Notes under the pieces: model-generated
What the model was told of the DNA's origin: nothing
Database searches by the model: none
The model's input: only the letters and a program-made list of their open reading frames with translations
Program-made: the position numbers and the translations under genes
Source of the DNA: Pseudovirgaria hyperparasitica
Lineage: Eukaryota
DNA: 64,000 nucleotides
Direction: 5' to 3' (one strand)
Assembly: GCA_010093815.1 (NCBI GenBank)
Contig: ML996574.1
Part shown: piece after piece, positions 23,108 through 36,143 of the stretch
How the letters are laid out: each line of letters starts with the position of its first letter
Numbering within the stretch: position 1 is the first letter of the stretch

Positions 23108-24729
23108 ATGGCGCAACAAATGTCACCTCCGCCTGCGATGCTCGCACACCAACCGCAACAGCCTCGTGTTTCATTCTCTCCGATGCCTGCGCAATCGCCG
23201 CCCGCGCCGCCTGGGTCGATGGGACCTCCACAACGACCCGCTGATCGTGCTGGTGGTGGAACTCGGGGGAAGGCGACTGATATTAACGACTTGAGTGATG
23301 CCGTCACCGCTGCTGGGATCGATGTTGCGAACGAGGAAAGCTATCTGAATGAGATCTACCACAACCGGCAAGGCACTGCGTCGTTCTCTACGTCATTTAA
23401 CTCGCAAACGTCTTCCACCATATCCCCCGACACCAGCTTCGGTGCATGGACTCAAGGTGGATCGGGTGCATTTCAAGGCTCAGGCCCAACCAGTCAACCT
23501 GCAAAATCACCAGAAGACGTAGAGAAGGAATTTCTGGAAAAGAAAAGACGCGCGGCCGAGATACTGGGCGAACAGCGTTCACATCATCTCAACGACCCTT
23601 TCTTGCTGGGGAACTGTGTCCAACGAAGAATACGGCGAAAAGCATACGACCACGGAGTCAAAATCAACCTTGATGGGCTTTTTGAGAAGATTTCTGAAGA
23701 GCAACCCTCGCGAGGGGTACAGGCCACCATGCATTCGAACGGTTCTGATGTCAACGGTATCGTCGCTGTAAAAGCTCACAGTCTTCTGAATGATAACACC
23801 CCATTGGTAGACATTCTTACTCTTGTCTCGTTGGCGACTCAGGAGCGCCTTCGAGGTTTATTAGAGGAAGCTCATGGCATAGCGCGAAATCGACAGTTGA
23901 CCTCTCACGGAATCGTTCCACCAGAGTTTGCATCTTTGGCGGTTGGCACTGGCAAGCCACGAGACACATCGGTGTCCCCGCAATTACTTTCTGGAACAGC
24001 GTGGGACCAGCCTCCTAGCGCTGCGAGTCCCACGGCTAACCCCCTCAAACGTAAGTTGACTCTCGTCCTTCACTTATGTCATCCTCTAATCAAGGCTCAG
24101 GGCCTCATCAAAACTCTGCAAGCCTCCCGACTCCTCCCAATGACAGTCCTTCAACCCCGCAGAAGACAATAGTCTTTCCAAACTCTCTCATCGACTCTCT
24201 ACGTTTGATCGCCAAGAATGACCGCAAATACGAAGAAGAGCGACTCGCAAAGCGCGCAAAGCGTAGGAAGCTTGCAAAGCCCGCCGATGGTACAAGTTCT
24301 CCAACTGTCGCCGAAGCTACCGCCGTAGCAGATGCCGTAGCCATCAACACGAAGCTTACGAAGAAGGAGCGCGACAAACTAGCAAAGTCCAATCAGACAG
24401 AAGAGGTCCTTCACCGAGAAGCGAACAAGACTGCGAGCCTCGCCATGGGTGGTATGGGAAAGAAGTATTCATGGATGTCAGGAGGTGCGAAAGGTGGAAG
24501 TGGAGCCAATACACCCAAAGTCAACACCGCCGTTCCTCGCCCTGGTTCAGCAAAACCTGCAGAGAAGGGCGTGCAAGGAAGAAATCGCGCATATGGAGAT
24601 TTCCGCGAAGACAGAGACAGAGGAATACAGATGAGAGACCTGCTGGCAGTGCTGGAGGCAGATGGAAGAGAGAGGAGGGCGGTAGTGAGAGGCTACACGA
24701 CACGGATGAAAGGATCCAATACCGCATAA
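23108..24729 (+). CDS. TAF4: TFIID subunit TAF4
   Basis: Exons 23108-24050 and 24101-24729. DINDLSDAVTAAGIDVANEE, DPFL, LVSLATQERLRGLLE (histone fold), HREANKTASLAMGG..KKYSWM, GIQMRDLLAVLE. Confidence 0.88.
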
Positions 24730-25172
24730 GCATTGATCTGGATACGGCGTTTACTTCATATGGGTTTCTCGAACATCGTTCGATCGGGTTGAGTCTTCCG
24801 AGGTAGAACAAGAATGTGTTGCGGCCTTTGCATTATTAGTATCACTTTATTCTGAAGGCACGCAAAGAGCCGAAGTGTGGTTGGCTGCAGCAATACATTC
24901 AAGGGGACTGCTGGGGCAAAGTTAGCAGCATCGATCAATATATGCCTGTAATTGTACAAACAATGAATGAGCCCGAAACGCAAACAAACACGCTCATGGA
25001 TGTCTCGCTTTGCTGCCTAAGGTTTCAGGCAGAACTATATTACTTGGCATTGGTGTCGTAGTACTACCCAACCATGTCCAATGAGTGTCTACACAGCTCC
25101 AACAATCCTATATCTGCGTCTCCCGTGTGGAGACCGACCTTGTTACTCTCGCCGTACCTACGCATCTCCACC

Positions 25173-26174
25173 ATGGACTTCAAATCTCTCATGTCCGCAC
25201 AAATCTCCAAGGCCAAAGCACCACTGAAACCCGAAGAGCCCACCAAAAAGTACCTCAAGCGCTCCGAAGTCGAAGCCCAGCGCCAGGCCGCCTACCTTGC
25301 AGAACAAAAGGCCGCCGAGGCAGCACGCATCGAGAAGCTCCAACAAAAGCGCAAGCACGAAGAAGATGAGGCGGAGCGCACGCGCGTGCGCGAAGAGAAG
25401 AAGCGGCGATTGGCAGAGGAGAGCAGCAAGCGGCGGGAACTGGAAGCAGAAGAAGAGGAGCGCAAGCGACGGAAGAGACTTGGTCTGCCGGAGCTGGTGA
25501 AGGAGGAGGTCAAGGAAGAGGTCAAGGAGGTTGTGGAGAAGAAGAGGGTGTGGGAGGGCAGCATACCGACGACGCTGGAGCCGGTCGAGGAGAAGGATAT
25601 GAAAGTCGACCAGCTGAATGTGCCTGGTAAGGATGATATCGAGGGTCGCGAATTTCTGTTCAGGCAGTTGGCGAGCTATTTCAATATGGTGCTACGGGCG
25701 TGGGAGGTTGCGCTTGCGCGGCGCACGGAAGATGTCAAAGCGAGCTACCAGGGCAAGCAGGCGTACAACTCTATGGTACTGGCAAAGGACAACATGAAGG
25801 CTATGTTTCGGAAGATGGAGGCAGGGGAGTTAGAGCAGGACATCCTGAAGCCGGTGGTAGAGATCGTACACGCAGCTCAGGAGAGGAGATATGTGGATGC
25901 GAACGACGGATACTTGAGGCTGAGTATTGGAAATGCGTAAGTCACTCTGGTCTGTTGATGTAGAGGTCTACTAACGCCTTGCAGAGCCTGGCCTATTGGA
26001 GTTACCATGGTTGGTATACACGAGCGTTCGGCGAGAGAAAAGCTGCACGATGGTGATACAGCACATATTATGAGCGACGAGACAACGAGAAAATATCTCC
26101 AGAGCATCAAGAGATGTCTGAGTTTTGCACAGACGAGATGGCCGCCGGATGATCAGCTACAACTTATGGGCTGA
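25173..26174 (+). CDS. PRP18: Pre-mRNA splicing factor Prp18
   Basis: Start MDFKSLMS; exons 25173-25936 and 25985-26174. Signature [33 protein letters not shown]...HIMSDETTRKYLQSIKR. Confidence 0.95.
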
Positions 26175-26869
26175 ACACAGCACGCATCAAAGGGACAGGC
26201 AACTATGCCATTGTGCAATATATGGTTTCGTCGCCTCGACAGTCATCATCACAATGGATATGGACGAAGCTCACATGAGCAATGGAGCAAAAGAGCAACG
26301 CTTCCAGACACAAATAGCTGCATGTTCGAAGCCCGACTACTTGAGTAGGGCAGAGTCTCTATAACTGCACGGCTGAAGCAAAATGAAATGCGCTGAAGAA
26401 TACGCTATCGATTGCAAAACATCGAGAGGCGGTAGAAATACAGAAACGCGTCATCCCTGGATCCATGAACCCGGCAAAGGTTACTTGCTAGCGTGTTTAC
26501 AAACACGCGACCGCTATAAATAAACAGACCACCTTTTGACTTTGCGATGCGGATGTATATTACTGCTATGTCGTAGACTAATTAGATAGAAGCTTTTAGT
26601 ACGATAGATGTAGGTGATAAGATTTCCCTAGCGGAAGAAGTGGACAAGCAATCAGAGGCTCGGATCCGATCCCGAACCGTGTTATGGATTTGATGCATGC
26701 CGGCAGTAGTCTCGTCTCCCGCATTTCCGTAACTCCTTCGCACAATACACAATAACTTCACGCTATGAACGTGGACTCCTTGCAATTCCCTTGATCCCCG
26801 TCGCTCCATCCTAGAACTGAGCATCTAATATTCCCTGAACGTGCCGTCCGCTGCGTGTCGAGGCCCACC

Positions 26870-29800
26870 ATGTCTTCCTCCGACGACCTCGACCCAACCC
26901 ACTTCATGGAGCGCATCCGCAAACTCGACGAGCAGCGCAACTCGGAAGAATCCGAAAGAGCTAGAAAGTTGGAGGAAGAGATTCTGCAGGGCCGCAGCGA
27001 GCGTGCTGCCAGGAGAGCTGGTATGTGAGCAAGCATTTGTTGTTGAACCACGCACCGCGCGCTGACCATTGTTGTGTTTCTCCTAGAGCGTCACAGGTCC
27101 ATCTCGCCCGAAAAAGCTTTAACACCCCAATCCCTTCGCTCATCCAGGAACACTCCCAGTACTCCGTCGGAGAGCACGCCTCCCGTTACAATGCCGAGCT
27201 CCAATTTAGATCTTGATTCTTCAGCTCCCCACTTCAGCACTCCAGACGTACAATCAGAATCTGCGGCCCCAGAGCCCGACCGCACGCGACGCGCTCCAGC
27301 ACCAATCCAGACTGCTAGTCAAGAGTCAAATGAACAACCAGAACCCTCCAAGCCATCAGCAGGCCCAGGACTCGCCCGCTCTGGGACACTTTCATGGCAG
27401 CAGAGGCCTAAATCAAGAGGTTCGGTGCGATCGAGGCCGCTCTCAATGGTAGCTGCAGAAAATATCGCCGCAAAATCTCCACGTGGAACACCTGAACCAC
27501 AAGCAGACGATGAGCAAACAATGTCACGAAGTCAGATAGCACAGTCACTAGGTGCGAAAGATCCTACTTGGTTTAGGCAGACGGCAGACAGAGGAGTGGG
27601 CTCGGCAGCGTATAGAAAGAGTCAAGTAGAGGTTGAAACGCCAGACACTGATCGATGGGGTCAGCACAGCTCAGGTTCGCATGGTCGTACGCCTGCATCA
27701 CCAGGGCATGGCAGCGCAAGACGACAATTGCCAGGGCTGTCGATAGAGTCTACCCCAGAGCCCGAAGGTCCTTCGAGTCCGCCTCCAGACGGCTTCCGGT
27801 CAAGCTCACCGTCTCATGTTGGCTCGGTGCGTGCTAGCACTGCCTGGAGTAATCGGATGTCAAGCACAACCTCGGTGTCTACTGTCAGTGCAGCTGAAGG
27901 AAAGAGCGTCTTGCCAAATTTGGAGTCCCAAAGGTTTAGCCCTCCCTCAGAACGGAGTCCAGAAGGAAGTGTCGAGAGGCCACATAGTGTCGCGATGTCG
28001 CCATCCCAAGGAAGAATTTCTCCCGAGCGCATTCCTAGGGACCGCACCCCATCCCCGACAAAAGGCATGGGCGGCTTTGTACAGAGCGCGATGCTACGGA
28101 GGACTGACAGCCAAAGCAAAAGATGGAGTGCGCAGCCAGGTGCTGGCTTGAGCAGGCAAAGCTCAACTGCGAGCAACAGCAGTAGGCCCGTGAGCTTTTC
28201 GCAGGCGGCTTTCGCGCAAGCCTTCGAAGCGCGACCAAGCAGTCTGAGCCGGGGTAACTCTCTGGAACCGAATTCAAGACCAGGCTCAAGCCATAGCAAT
28301 ATGACCGTCACGCAGGACAACTCGGCATCAATCAGCCAGGGTAAGACTGATGTGGAAGGGTTCAGGAAGCCTGCGCTCCCCCACCACAGCCGAGGAAGGT
28401 CAGTGACTTCAAGAGCTGATATGGACGATGCGAGAAGCGATGCCGGTGAACCGCAAAGCCCTTCGAAGCGCTGGAGTCCTACGAAGTCTTCGTGGCTTGA
28501 AAGTGCGCTGAACAAACCTGCAGAGCAGCCGAAACCGAAACAATCTGCTGTGCCCTCCACGCCAAGCTGGATGGCCGACCTGAAGGCAAAACAACAACGA
28601 GGAAGTGTCGACGTTTCCAAGTCAGCAACATCTCCACCGCCATCCAGTCCGACATCCAGTAGTGTCAAGTCACCTTCAGCGCCAGTCAAAGTCCTCGAGG
28701 TGGTGGATCCAGTAACGCCTGTCCCCGTTTCTAAAGTCCAGCCAGCTATCCTGTCGCCCAAGGAGAAGGAAGCCGTAGCTCCCAAGACGTCCTCACCCCG
28801 AGAGCCCATCAAGAACCGTCCAAACCCTCCCACGACAAAATCGAAGCCCAACACACCCCCAAAGGACTTTCGCGCGAATCTGAAACCCCGGCAGCTACCA
28901 GCCGAAGGATCGAAAAGCGATGAATTGGAGTTCCGCGCTGCCTTTGGGAAGCTGAAGCGTGCTGAAACCAAGAACTACAAGGCGCCAGATACGTTCAAAG
29001 ACACTATTCTACGAGGCAAGAACGATCTCTCCGTCACAGGTGGCCCAAAGCCTCGTGTACGGCGCGACGAACTGAAGGAAAGCTTGCTGGCGCGGAAGGA
29101 AGAAATCAAGACGAAAGTCGCTGAGACTGGCTCTGCAGTCACGAAAAAGCCCGAGCCTGTGGCGGCGCCCATTCCTGAAGGCATTGCGCGAAGGAAAACC
29201 CTCAGCAGATCGGATGCTCCCAAGGAGAGGCCGGTACAGCCTCAGCCTGAAGCTCTTGCAAGGCAGGCCAGCTTGAAGGACAAGCCGAAGCCTGTACTGC
29301 CAGGGAAGCAAGTGCCCGACGTCAAAGAGCCAGCTTTTGGTTTGAAGTCGAGCAAGCTTGCGGATCGATTCAATCCTGCTCTTGCGGGCATGCTTGCTCG
29401 TGGGCCGTCGCCTGCAACTAACTCCTCTGCGTCGAAACCAAGCGATGCTAGATCCGTCCACGACCAGAGATTGACACCTGTCTCTACGGATAAAGACGAT
29501 GCCCCTGCCAAGGAACTCACTCACATGACCAAGGGACGGGCAAAAGGCCCCAAGCGACGAGCACCAACCTCGAAGCCTGCGGAGTCGAAGAATGAGCCTA
29601 CACCAACAACTCAGGAGAAAACACCACAATCGCCGGCTTCCTCGATACATTTGGCACCCTCAGTAAAGGCAACGGATGTTATTACCAACAAAGGATCTAA
29701 CATTGAGCCAGCATCACCAGCATCAAGCATCAAATCTCCCCAAATACCTTCCATGTCGAAGCCTTGGACTCCAGCAAAATCCGCCGATGAGGAGAAGAAA

Positions 29801-32442
29801 CCGGAGAAACCAAAACCTTCTCCCAAGTCACCCGAGTTACTGAAGAGAGTCTCTACGCCAGTTTCTATTGCGAGTCTTGAAGAATCTTCCAAAGAGGCCA
29901 AGTCGTCACCCTCGAGCCTTCGGTCTAGTCGAGATGTCGTCATCGAACGGGCAGTCCCGTCTCTTGACACCTCTGGACGGACGTCACCGAGCAAAAGTGT
30001 CTTGAACCGATTTAGTCAAAACCTCCAAGCAAACCGGACCGCAGCCGCCTCAAGAAGTCCTGTCATCGAAGACAGCGAAAGCAGAATTGAAGAGGTCAAA
30101 AGACAGTCACCAACAAAGGTCGCGTTCAATCGGTTCAGTATGGCCGAGAAGGCTAAGCATGACGATAGTCCTCTACAGACGCCGTCTAAGAACACAGACT
30201 TGAGAGAGCTCCCGAAGCCGAACGTACAGACGCCCGTCAAGATAAGTGTCGAAGTCAAACGACCACTGCCTGTACCCTCCCCAAAGCCATCATTGACAAA
30301 GGCCCTACCTCCAACGCCGATCCCTGCCACGCCAGAGAAGAAGGAAGCCCGGGATGAACAAGCTGTAGATGATCTGTCTAACGTGTCTGTGAAGAGCGCT
30401 ACCTCTCTGTGGGGCCGTCAGTCGGCCTCTGCATCCCCTGAGGTATCTAGAAGCAGAGAGCCTATCAAATTGCCCACTCGTGCTGACGAGCGCGCTGCAG
30501 AAGAAGAGGCCGGTCTTATAAAGCCGCAGTCTCAAAGGCCGGCGGGACTTGGTCTTGGTTTCATAACATCTGCTGCTCAACGGCCACATGTATCAACTCC
30601 GCCATTATCCGCGACGTCAAAACCTGTTCCATCGCAATCAAGCCCGCGATTCGATATACCGTCGTCTCAGCTCTCACCTCGACCCTCACCTCGCCCTTCC
30701 CCTAGACCCTCGCCTATTACTAGCAAGGAAGATCCCGATAACATCTTCTCAGATCGTTTCGATACGCCCCCTGATACCTCCGGTAGTCTACCCTCACACA
30801 TTGACACCCAACGCATTCTCCAATCTTCGCCCCTCTCTACAGAAAAGATCAAATCGCTGCGAAATCAGATCTGGGAACTAAGCCCCGAGGGCAAGCTCTC
30901 ACACATCCCAATACAAGAAGAACACGTTCTCTTTGAAGAGGAAATGTATCTCTCGACACACCTCTATTCATCCGAAAAGTCCCCCAGAGCCGCACAGGTA
31001 TTCCTCTGGGTGGGCGCCACAATTTCAGATACAGTCGTCGAGGACGCCCAGCAATACGGTCGGCAACACGCCAGGGACAACGGCGTCAAAGACGTCATTC
31101 TCGTCCGACAAGGAAAAGAGCCGCCGCAATTCTTCGAGGCGCTCGGTGGCATTATCATCACCCGTCGTGGCTCCCGCGAATCCTCAAAGAAGCCTTTCAT
31201 GCTCTGCGGCCGCCGTCATCTCGGCCACCTCGCATTCGACGAAGTCGACCTCGCGCTCAAGTCCCTCTGCTCCGGCTTTCCATTCGTCGTCGCCGCACCA
31301 CAATCCTCCGCCTTCGTGTGGAAAGGTATTGGCAGCTCTGCCGAAGAAGTCTCGGGCGCACGGCTCATCGCCATGGATCTCGCGCAATCCGGCGAGCTCT
31401 TGGAGATTGACGAAGGCATGGAAACCAGCGCATTCCTAAACTGTTTCCCGGGCCACGAGAGCCAGCGCATGCCGCGAAGCGCCGACCACTGGCGGTACAA
31501 GGCCGGCAGCGAGCGCTACCGCGCCCGGCTGTACCGCGTCGAACAATCGAGGACGCTCCCGAAGCAGGCCGGCGGTGGTGGAGGTGGCGGCGCCGGGGCG
31601 TTTCTCAGCACGCAGGTGAGCTCGTTCTCGAAGTTTCTTGGGGCGCGGAGGCCGAGTTGGCAGAGCTTCCTGCCGGCAAGTCCGAATAGTCTGCCTGATG
31701 CTCCTCCTCCAACTCCACCTCCTCCTCCTCACCATCATCATGATCCTCCACCTCCTTTAGCGCAGCAGTCACCAACATTATCTCCGCAGGCGACCATCCT
31801 CCGCAGTCCATTACCCAGCAGCCCGACGAAGCCCCTGCCGTCGCCGTCGTCATCCTGGCGCACCGACGTCAAGGAAATCGCCCCCTTTTGCCAGTCCGAC
31901 CTCGAAAGCGACGGCGTCTACGTGCTCGACGCCTTTTTCGAGATTTACATGTACGTCTTGCTTGTCCTCTCCTATAATCCCCATTCCCATCCCCCCTTTT
32001 TTTCTGTCCTCTCCAAAGAAAAAAGATGAAAGTAAAAAGAATTACTAACCGCAAAAACAGCATCCTAGCCCCCCTCTCAACCTCCCAATCCCCCTCCTTT
32101 GCCACGGCCTTGCTCTTCGCACAGGACTACGCCATCCTCGCCGCTTCGCTCGACGACAGGCCTTTTATCCCTGTTAGCACTGTCGTGCTCGAGGGCGTGC
32201 CGCGCGATATGCGCAGTGTGTTTCGCCGCTGGGATGAGGCGCAGGGTGTGGGTGGGAGTGCGGCTTTGATGGCTGGTAGGGTGGGACCTGGTGGTGTTGG
32301 TGCTGGTGCTGGTGCTGGTGTTGGGCTTGGGCTTGGTGGGCCGGGGGGTAGAGGTGGTGCTACGGGCATGGTGCAGAGAGGGCAGAGCTTGAGGGTTGTG
32401 GGGTTGGGCAAGGCGTTGAGTTTGACGGGACGGGTGCGGTGA
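26870..32442 (+). CDS. DUF4045-domain protein with C-terminal gelsolin/villin-like repeats
   Basis: Exons 26870-27020, 27087-31950 and 32061-32442. N-terminal coiled segment (FMERIRKLDEQR...LEEEILQGR), SPTKGMGGFVQSAM and SPTKSSWLESAL; C-terminal gelsolin-like VFLWVG, VRQGKEPPQFFEALGG, FVWKG, YVLDAFFEIY. Confidence 0.85.
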
Positions 32443-32444
32443 GA

Positions 32445-33070
32445 TGTGGTGGGATGGGATGGGATGGGATGGGATGTGTGTATACATACGTGTGTTATTG
32501 TGTTGTTGTAAGCTATGAGAACGAGATATCACGTCACCACACCACACCACACCACCCACAAGTGTAAGAAGAACAGGAAAGAAAGGGAGGATTATTCGTT
32601 CGGGCTGGTGCCAGTGGTCGTAAAGATACGAAACGGGAAAAGAGAGCTCGTCGTTGTCATCGTCATCGTCATCGTCGACACACGCTCGCAATCTCAATCT
32701 CAATTTCAACTTCAACTTCAATTTGATTTTTATTCCCCAACGGCGCAGTGTAGTATGTCTATCCAATTCAAATCCACACAATCCACACACTATAAGCCAA
32801 CCGTATCCTATCCTATCCTATCCAAGCAGAGAGGTCCGTTCCGTAGGTGCTTTAGCTAGCTAGTATACTTACTGTATGTAGTATCCCAAGGTCCCAAAGC
32901 GGCGAGGCAAATCTAGCAGGCAGACAGTAATCCAATCGATCAAGCACAACCGAAAAAAAAATCCAATCCAATCCAATCCAATCCAATCCAATCCAATCCA
33001 ATCACGTCTGATCCGATTCAATTCAATCCAATCACAACACATCACATCACATCACGTCTAAACCAATCCA
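32445..33070. repeat. Microsatellite-dense 3' intergenic region
   Basis: (GGATG)n near 32451-32475, (CACCA)n near 32535, (CATCGT)n near 32658, (ATCCT)n near 32804, (ATCCA)n near 32961-33001, (CACAT)n near 33038. Confidence 0.9.
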
Positions 33071-33147
33071 CATCCAGCATTTTAAACATGTCTCGTCAGG
33101 ATACACGCACGTCATCTCAGGGACACGCCCCCTCTCTTCCCACTCAC

Positions 33148-36143
33148 TCACTCGCGATAAAAGGTGGGATAGACAGGCGCCTTCACAAGCACGCTGCGGC
33201 CACGAATCTGCACGCTGAGACCGGCCGCCAGCCTGACGCGCTGCGGCTGCTCCTCCTTTGGCCCGTTCGAGCTCCCGGGCGCACTCAGACTGACCTGGCT
33301 GCCGCCGCCGACACCAGATGCAATCTTGCCGCCGGGCTTGGGCTTGCTGGAGCCCATGAGGCCACCGAACATGCCCTTGGAGCGCTTCTGGTCGTCTCTG
33401 GTGCTGCTGGCCTGTTGTGGGTCGGCGTCTGAGGCGTTAGTGTCGCTGGCGGCGCTGGCGGAGTCGGCGTCGTTGTTGTCGACGTACGGGTTCGTGAGGG
33501 CGGCGATGCTGGATTCGATGGTCATGAGTTCGGGGTTGATGAGGGTGCCGGGCTCGAAGTAGTCGATGTTGACGTCGCGGGACTCGAGGGGGAGGTGCAG
33601 GGCGATGCCGACGGCGAGCTCGATGATCATGGGCACGTTGCCGTGTAGTTCCGGGCTGGCGGCTTCCTGGAGGTACATTTCGAGGAAGCTGATGAGACTC
33701 TCGTTGAGGAGCTCGATGAGACGCTGGCGGTTTGTCGTGGCTTGAGGGGATCGCAGGACGTCGGACAGGCCTTCCAGAGTGGTCATGCGCCAGTTGATGA
33801 TCTTGGCCATGAGGGCCTCTTCTTCTTCGGCCGAGTGGACAGGGGGGCTGAAGCGTTTGATGTTGATTTGCATGGTCTTCAGCTGTGTACTGAGGCCGGA
33901 CTCAAGGTCTGGATGGAAGTACTTCTCAAAGACTTCGCGGTGTATCCAATTTGCAATCACGGAGCGTCCAACAACAATCATCTCCTTTGCACCGAGGCCG
34001 ACAGCCTCTTTGTTGACTGAGCCGTGCATCCACGGCGGAATGCCTTTCCAGTTCTTGCGAATGGAGTGGGCGAGCTGGGCGACGAGACCGTCGAGCCGCT
34101 TGAACCGAGCAGCATATTCAGAATCATCCAGCGATGTTCGTGACATTGACATGCGCTGGTTTGCAAGCGTATTCTGGAGCTGGTGAACCTGCGACTGCTG
34201 GTCGAAGAAATAGCGCTTGACTTTTTGGTATTTTTCGCCTGTGTCGGTGTTCAGCAGGTCAAATCACTTGCACGACATGCATGTCCACTCACGGAGTATC
34301 TCATGCTCTTTGCGCAAGTTGTCATAATCTTCCTCATTAATGTCTGACGCAGGACGCGGAGTTTCCCGCCCGGTCTCTCCCTCAGTCTTACCATTACCTC
34401 TATACGGCTGTCCTTGGGAGTTTTGTGGTACAACGCCAGCGGTGAAGCCAGCAACTCCGGGCGAGACATTCCCAGCTTGACCAGGCGCACCCGGTGGTAT
34501 CTGCAGAGAGCCTTCTCGCGTCGGTGGCCCTGGCAGCTTCTGACTTCCCATGTCCCCCGATCGCATGTTGTTCCTGTTATGAGACGGTGGAGGTGCCATC
34601 GGATTTGGTTCCTCGTTCGGGGTCGTTGAATCCTGAGCGCCGGCCTGTGGTTCGTAGGCTTGGTAGCCCGCTGGCGAAGGAGGATTGAACTGTTGGGCGG
34701 AAGGTGGCCTGCCCAGCAACTGTGGATCTTGAGTCTGCGGGTGATGAACTGGCTTCTCCCCGGAATGCAATTGCTGGCTTGGTCTCCTCAGAACTTGACT
34801 CTCTTGAAAGCCTAGAGGGACCTGTGGGGGCAGGGGCTGGTATTGCTGGGAATCCTGGTGAGGCGCAACGTAGGCAGGTGGTTGTCCGTGGGGAGGGGGT
34901 GGTTGAGGCTGGAATGCGTGGTAGGCTTGCTGTCCCTGGACGGGCGATTGAGGGTTGTCCTTTTGAGAATACGAGATAAAGGTACCTTGCGGCGGCTGTG
35001 CACTGTTCCCACTGCTTCCGCTTTGCTGTTCGGGGCTATAATTGGCAGAGTTGGCTTGATTTGGTGGATACTGGCCTTGGTTTGTGTCTAGACGAGCTGG
35101 AGTCTGGCGATACTGGTCGCGAAACTGTTCTGGCGGGGGCTGTTGACCGAAGGCCTGCTGTTGACTGTAGGCAGAATCTTTAAGAGGTACCTGCGGGGTA
35201 TGTCCTATCTGTGGAGAGTTGCCAGCAGCAGGCTGTTGCAAGAACGGGTCAAGGTTTGATTCGTCCTCTTCGGCAGAGGTAGTCAAGTTTGTGTTGGACG
35301 CCTGTCTCTGGTTCCAATTCTGCGGCTGTAGACGCTGCTGTTCCTCGCCCGGTGTGGGATACCTTGGCTGGCCGTCCGACTTTCTCAACGACACCCTGCG
35401 ATTAACTGGCCGTTGGTTTGCGAGGTTTTGATTCTGTACAGACGGTGGCTCTTTTGACGAAGACGAACCAAACAATTTATGACGGATAGACTTGGACTTG
35501 TGATGCTCCTTCTCGCCCTTGTCTCCTCTGTCTCCTCTTTCTCCTCTATACTGCTGCGGGCCTTCTGGGGAGTGGTGATGCAGGTATGAATGACGATGGT
35601 CCTGCTGAGGTGGGGGAGGCTGCTGTGTCTGCTGCTGCTGCTGCTGGGATTGCTGTTGCTGGGATTGCTGAGACTGTTGAACCTGCTGAGCCTGCTGAGC
35701 CTGCTGAGCCTGTTGAGACTGTAATTGTTGTTGTTGTTGTTGTTGTTGCTGCTGCTGTTGTTGTTGTTGGTATTGCTGCGATGGCGGGGAAGCTTCAGCG
35801 GCGTTTACCTGGGCGGCGACATTCACAGGCGGGCGGTCTAGCGATAGATTGGAAGAATGTCTATGACTCTGCGAGCGAGAAGGATGAGGACGAGGCTGCG
35901 ATGGATCAACAATCTGTTGCTGATACCGACGATCCTGGGGGTCGAGGGCTGTGAAATGAAATTGCAACAAGTCAGCTTGGTGGGCAAAGTGGACGGACAG
36001 TGGGCCTTGGGAACAACAGAGTTCGGGGACAGCTACACACACGCACCTGAGCTGGATGTCGACGAAGACTGCTGGCTGGACGGATTGCCCTGCGAAGGCT
36101 GCAACTTGTTGCTCGACGACTTGCTGCTAAAGAATGAGGGCAT
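33148..36143 (-). CDS. Fungal protein with Q/P-rich disordered N-terminal half and helical C-terminal domain, function unknown
   Basis: Exons 36143-36047, 35948-34293 and 34238-33148, phase consistent. Coiled coil REKYQKVKRYFFDQQSQVHQLQNTLANQR followed by SLDDSEYAARFKRLDG...FEKYFHP. Confidence 0.8.
35630..35772 (-). repeat. CAG/CAA polyglutamine tract
   Basis: TGC/TGT triplet runs on the + strand encoding QQYQQQQQQQQQQQQQQQLQSQQAQQAQQAQQ. Confidence 0.92.

Noticed and set aside
32077..32790. 237-aa minus-strand ORF
   Set aside because: Made of microsatellite translation and the antisense of the last DUF4045 exon.
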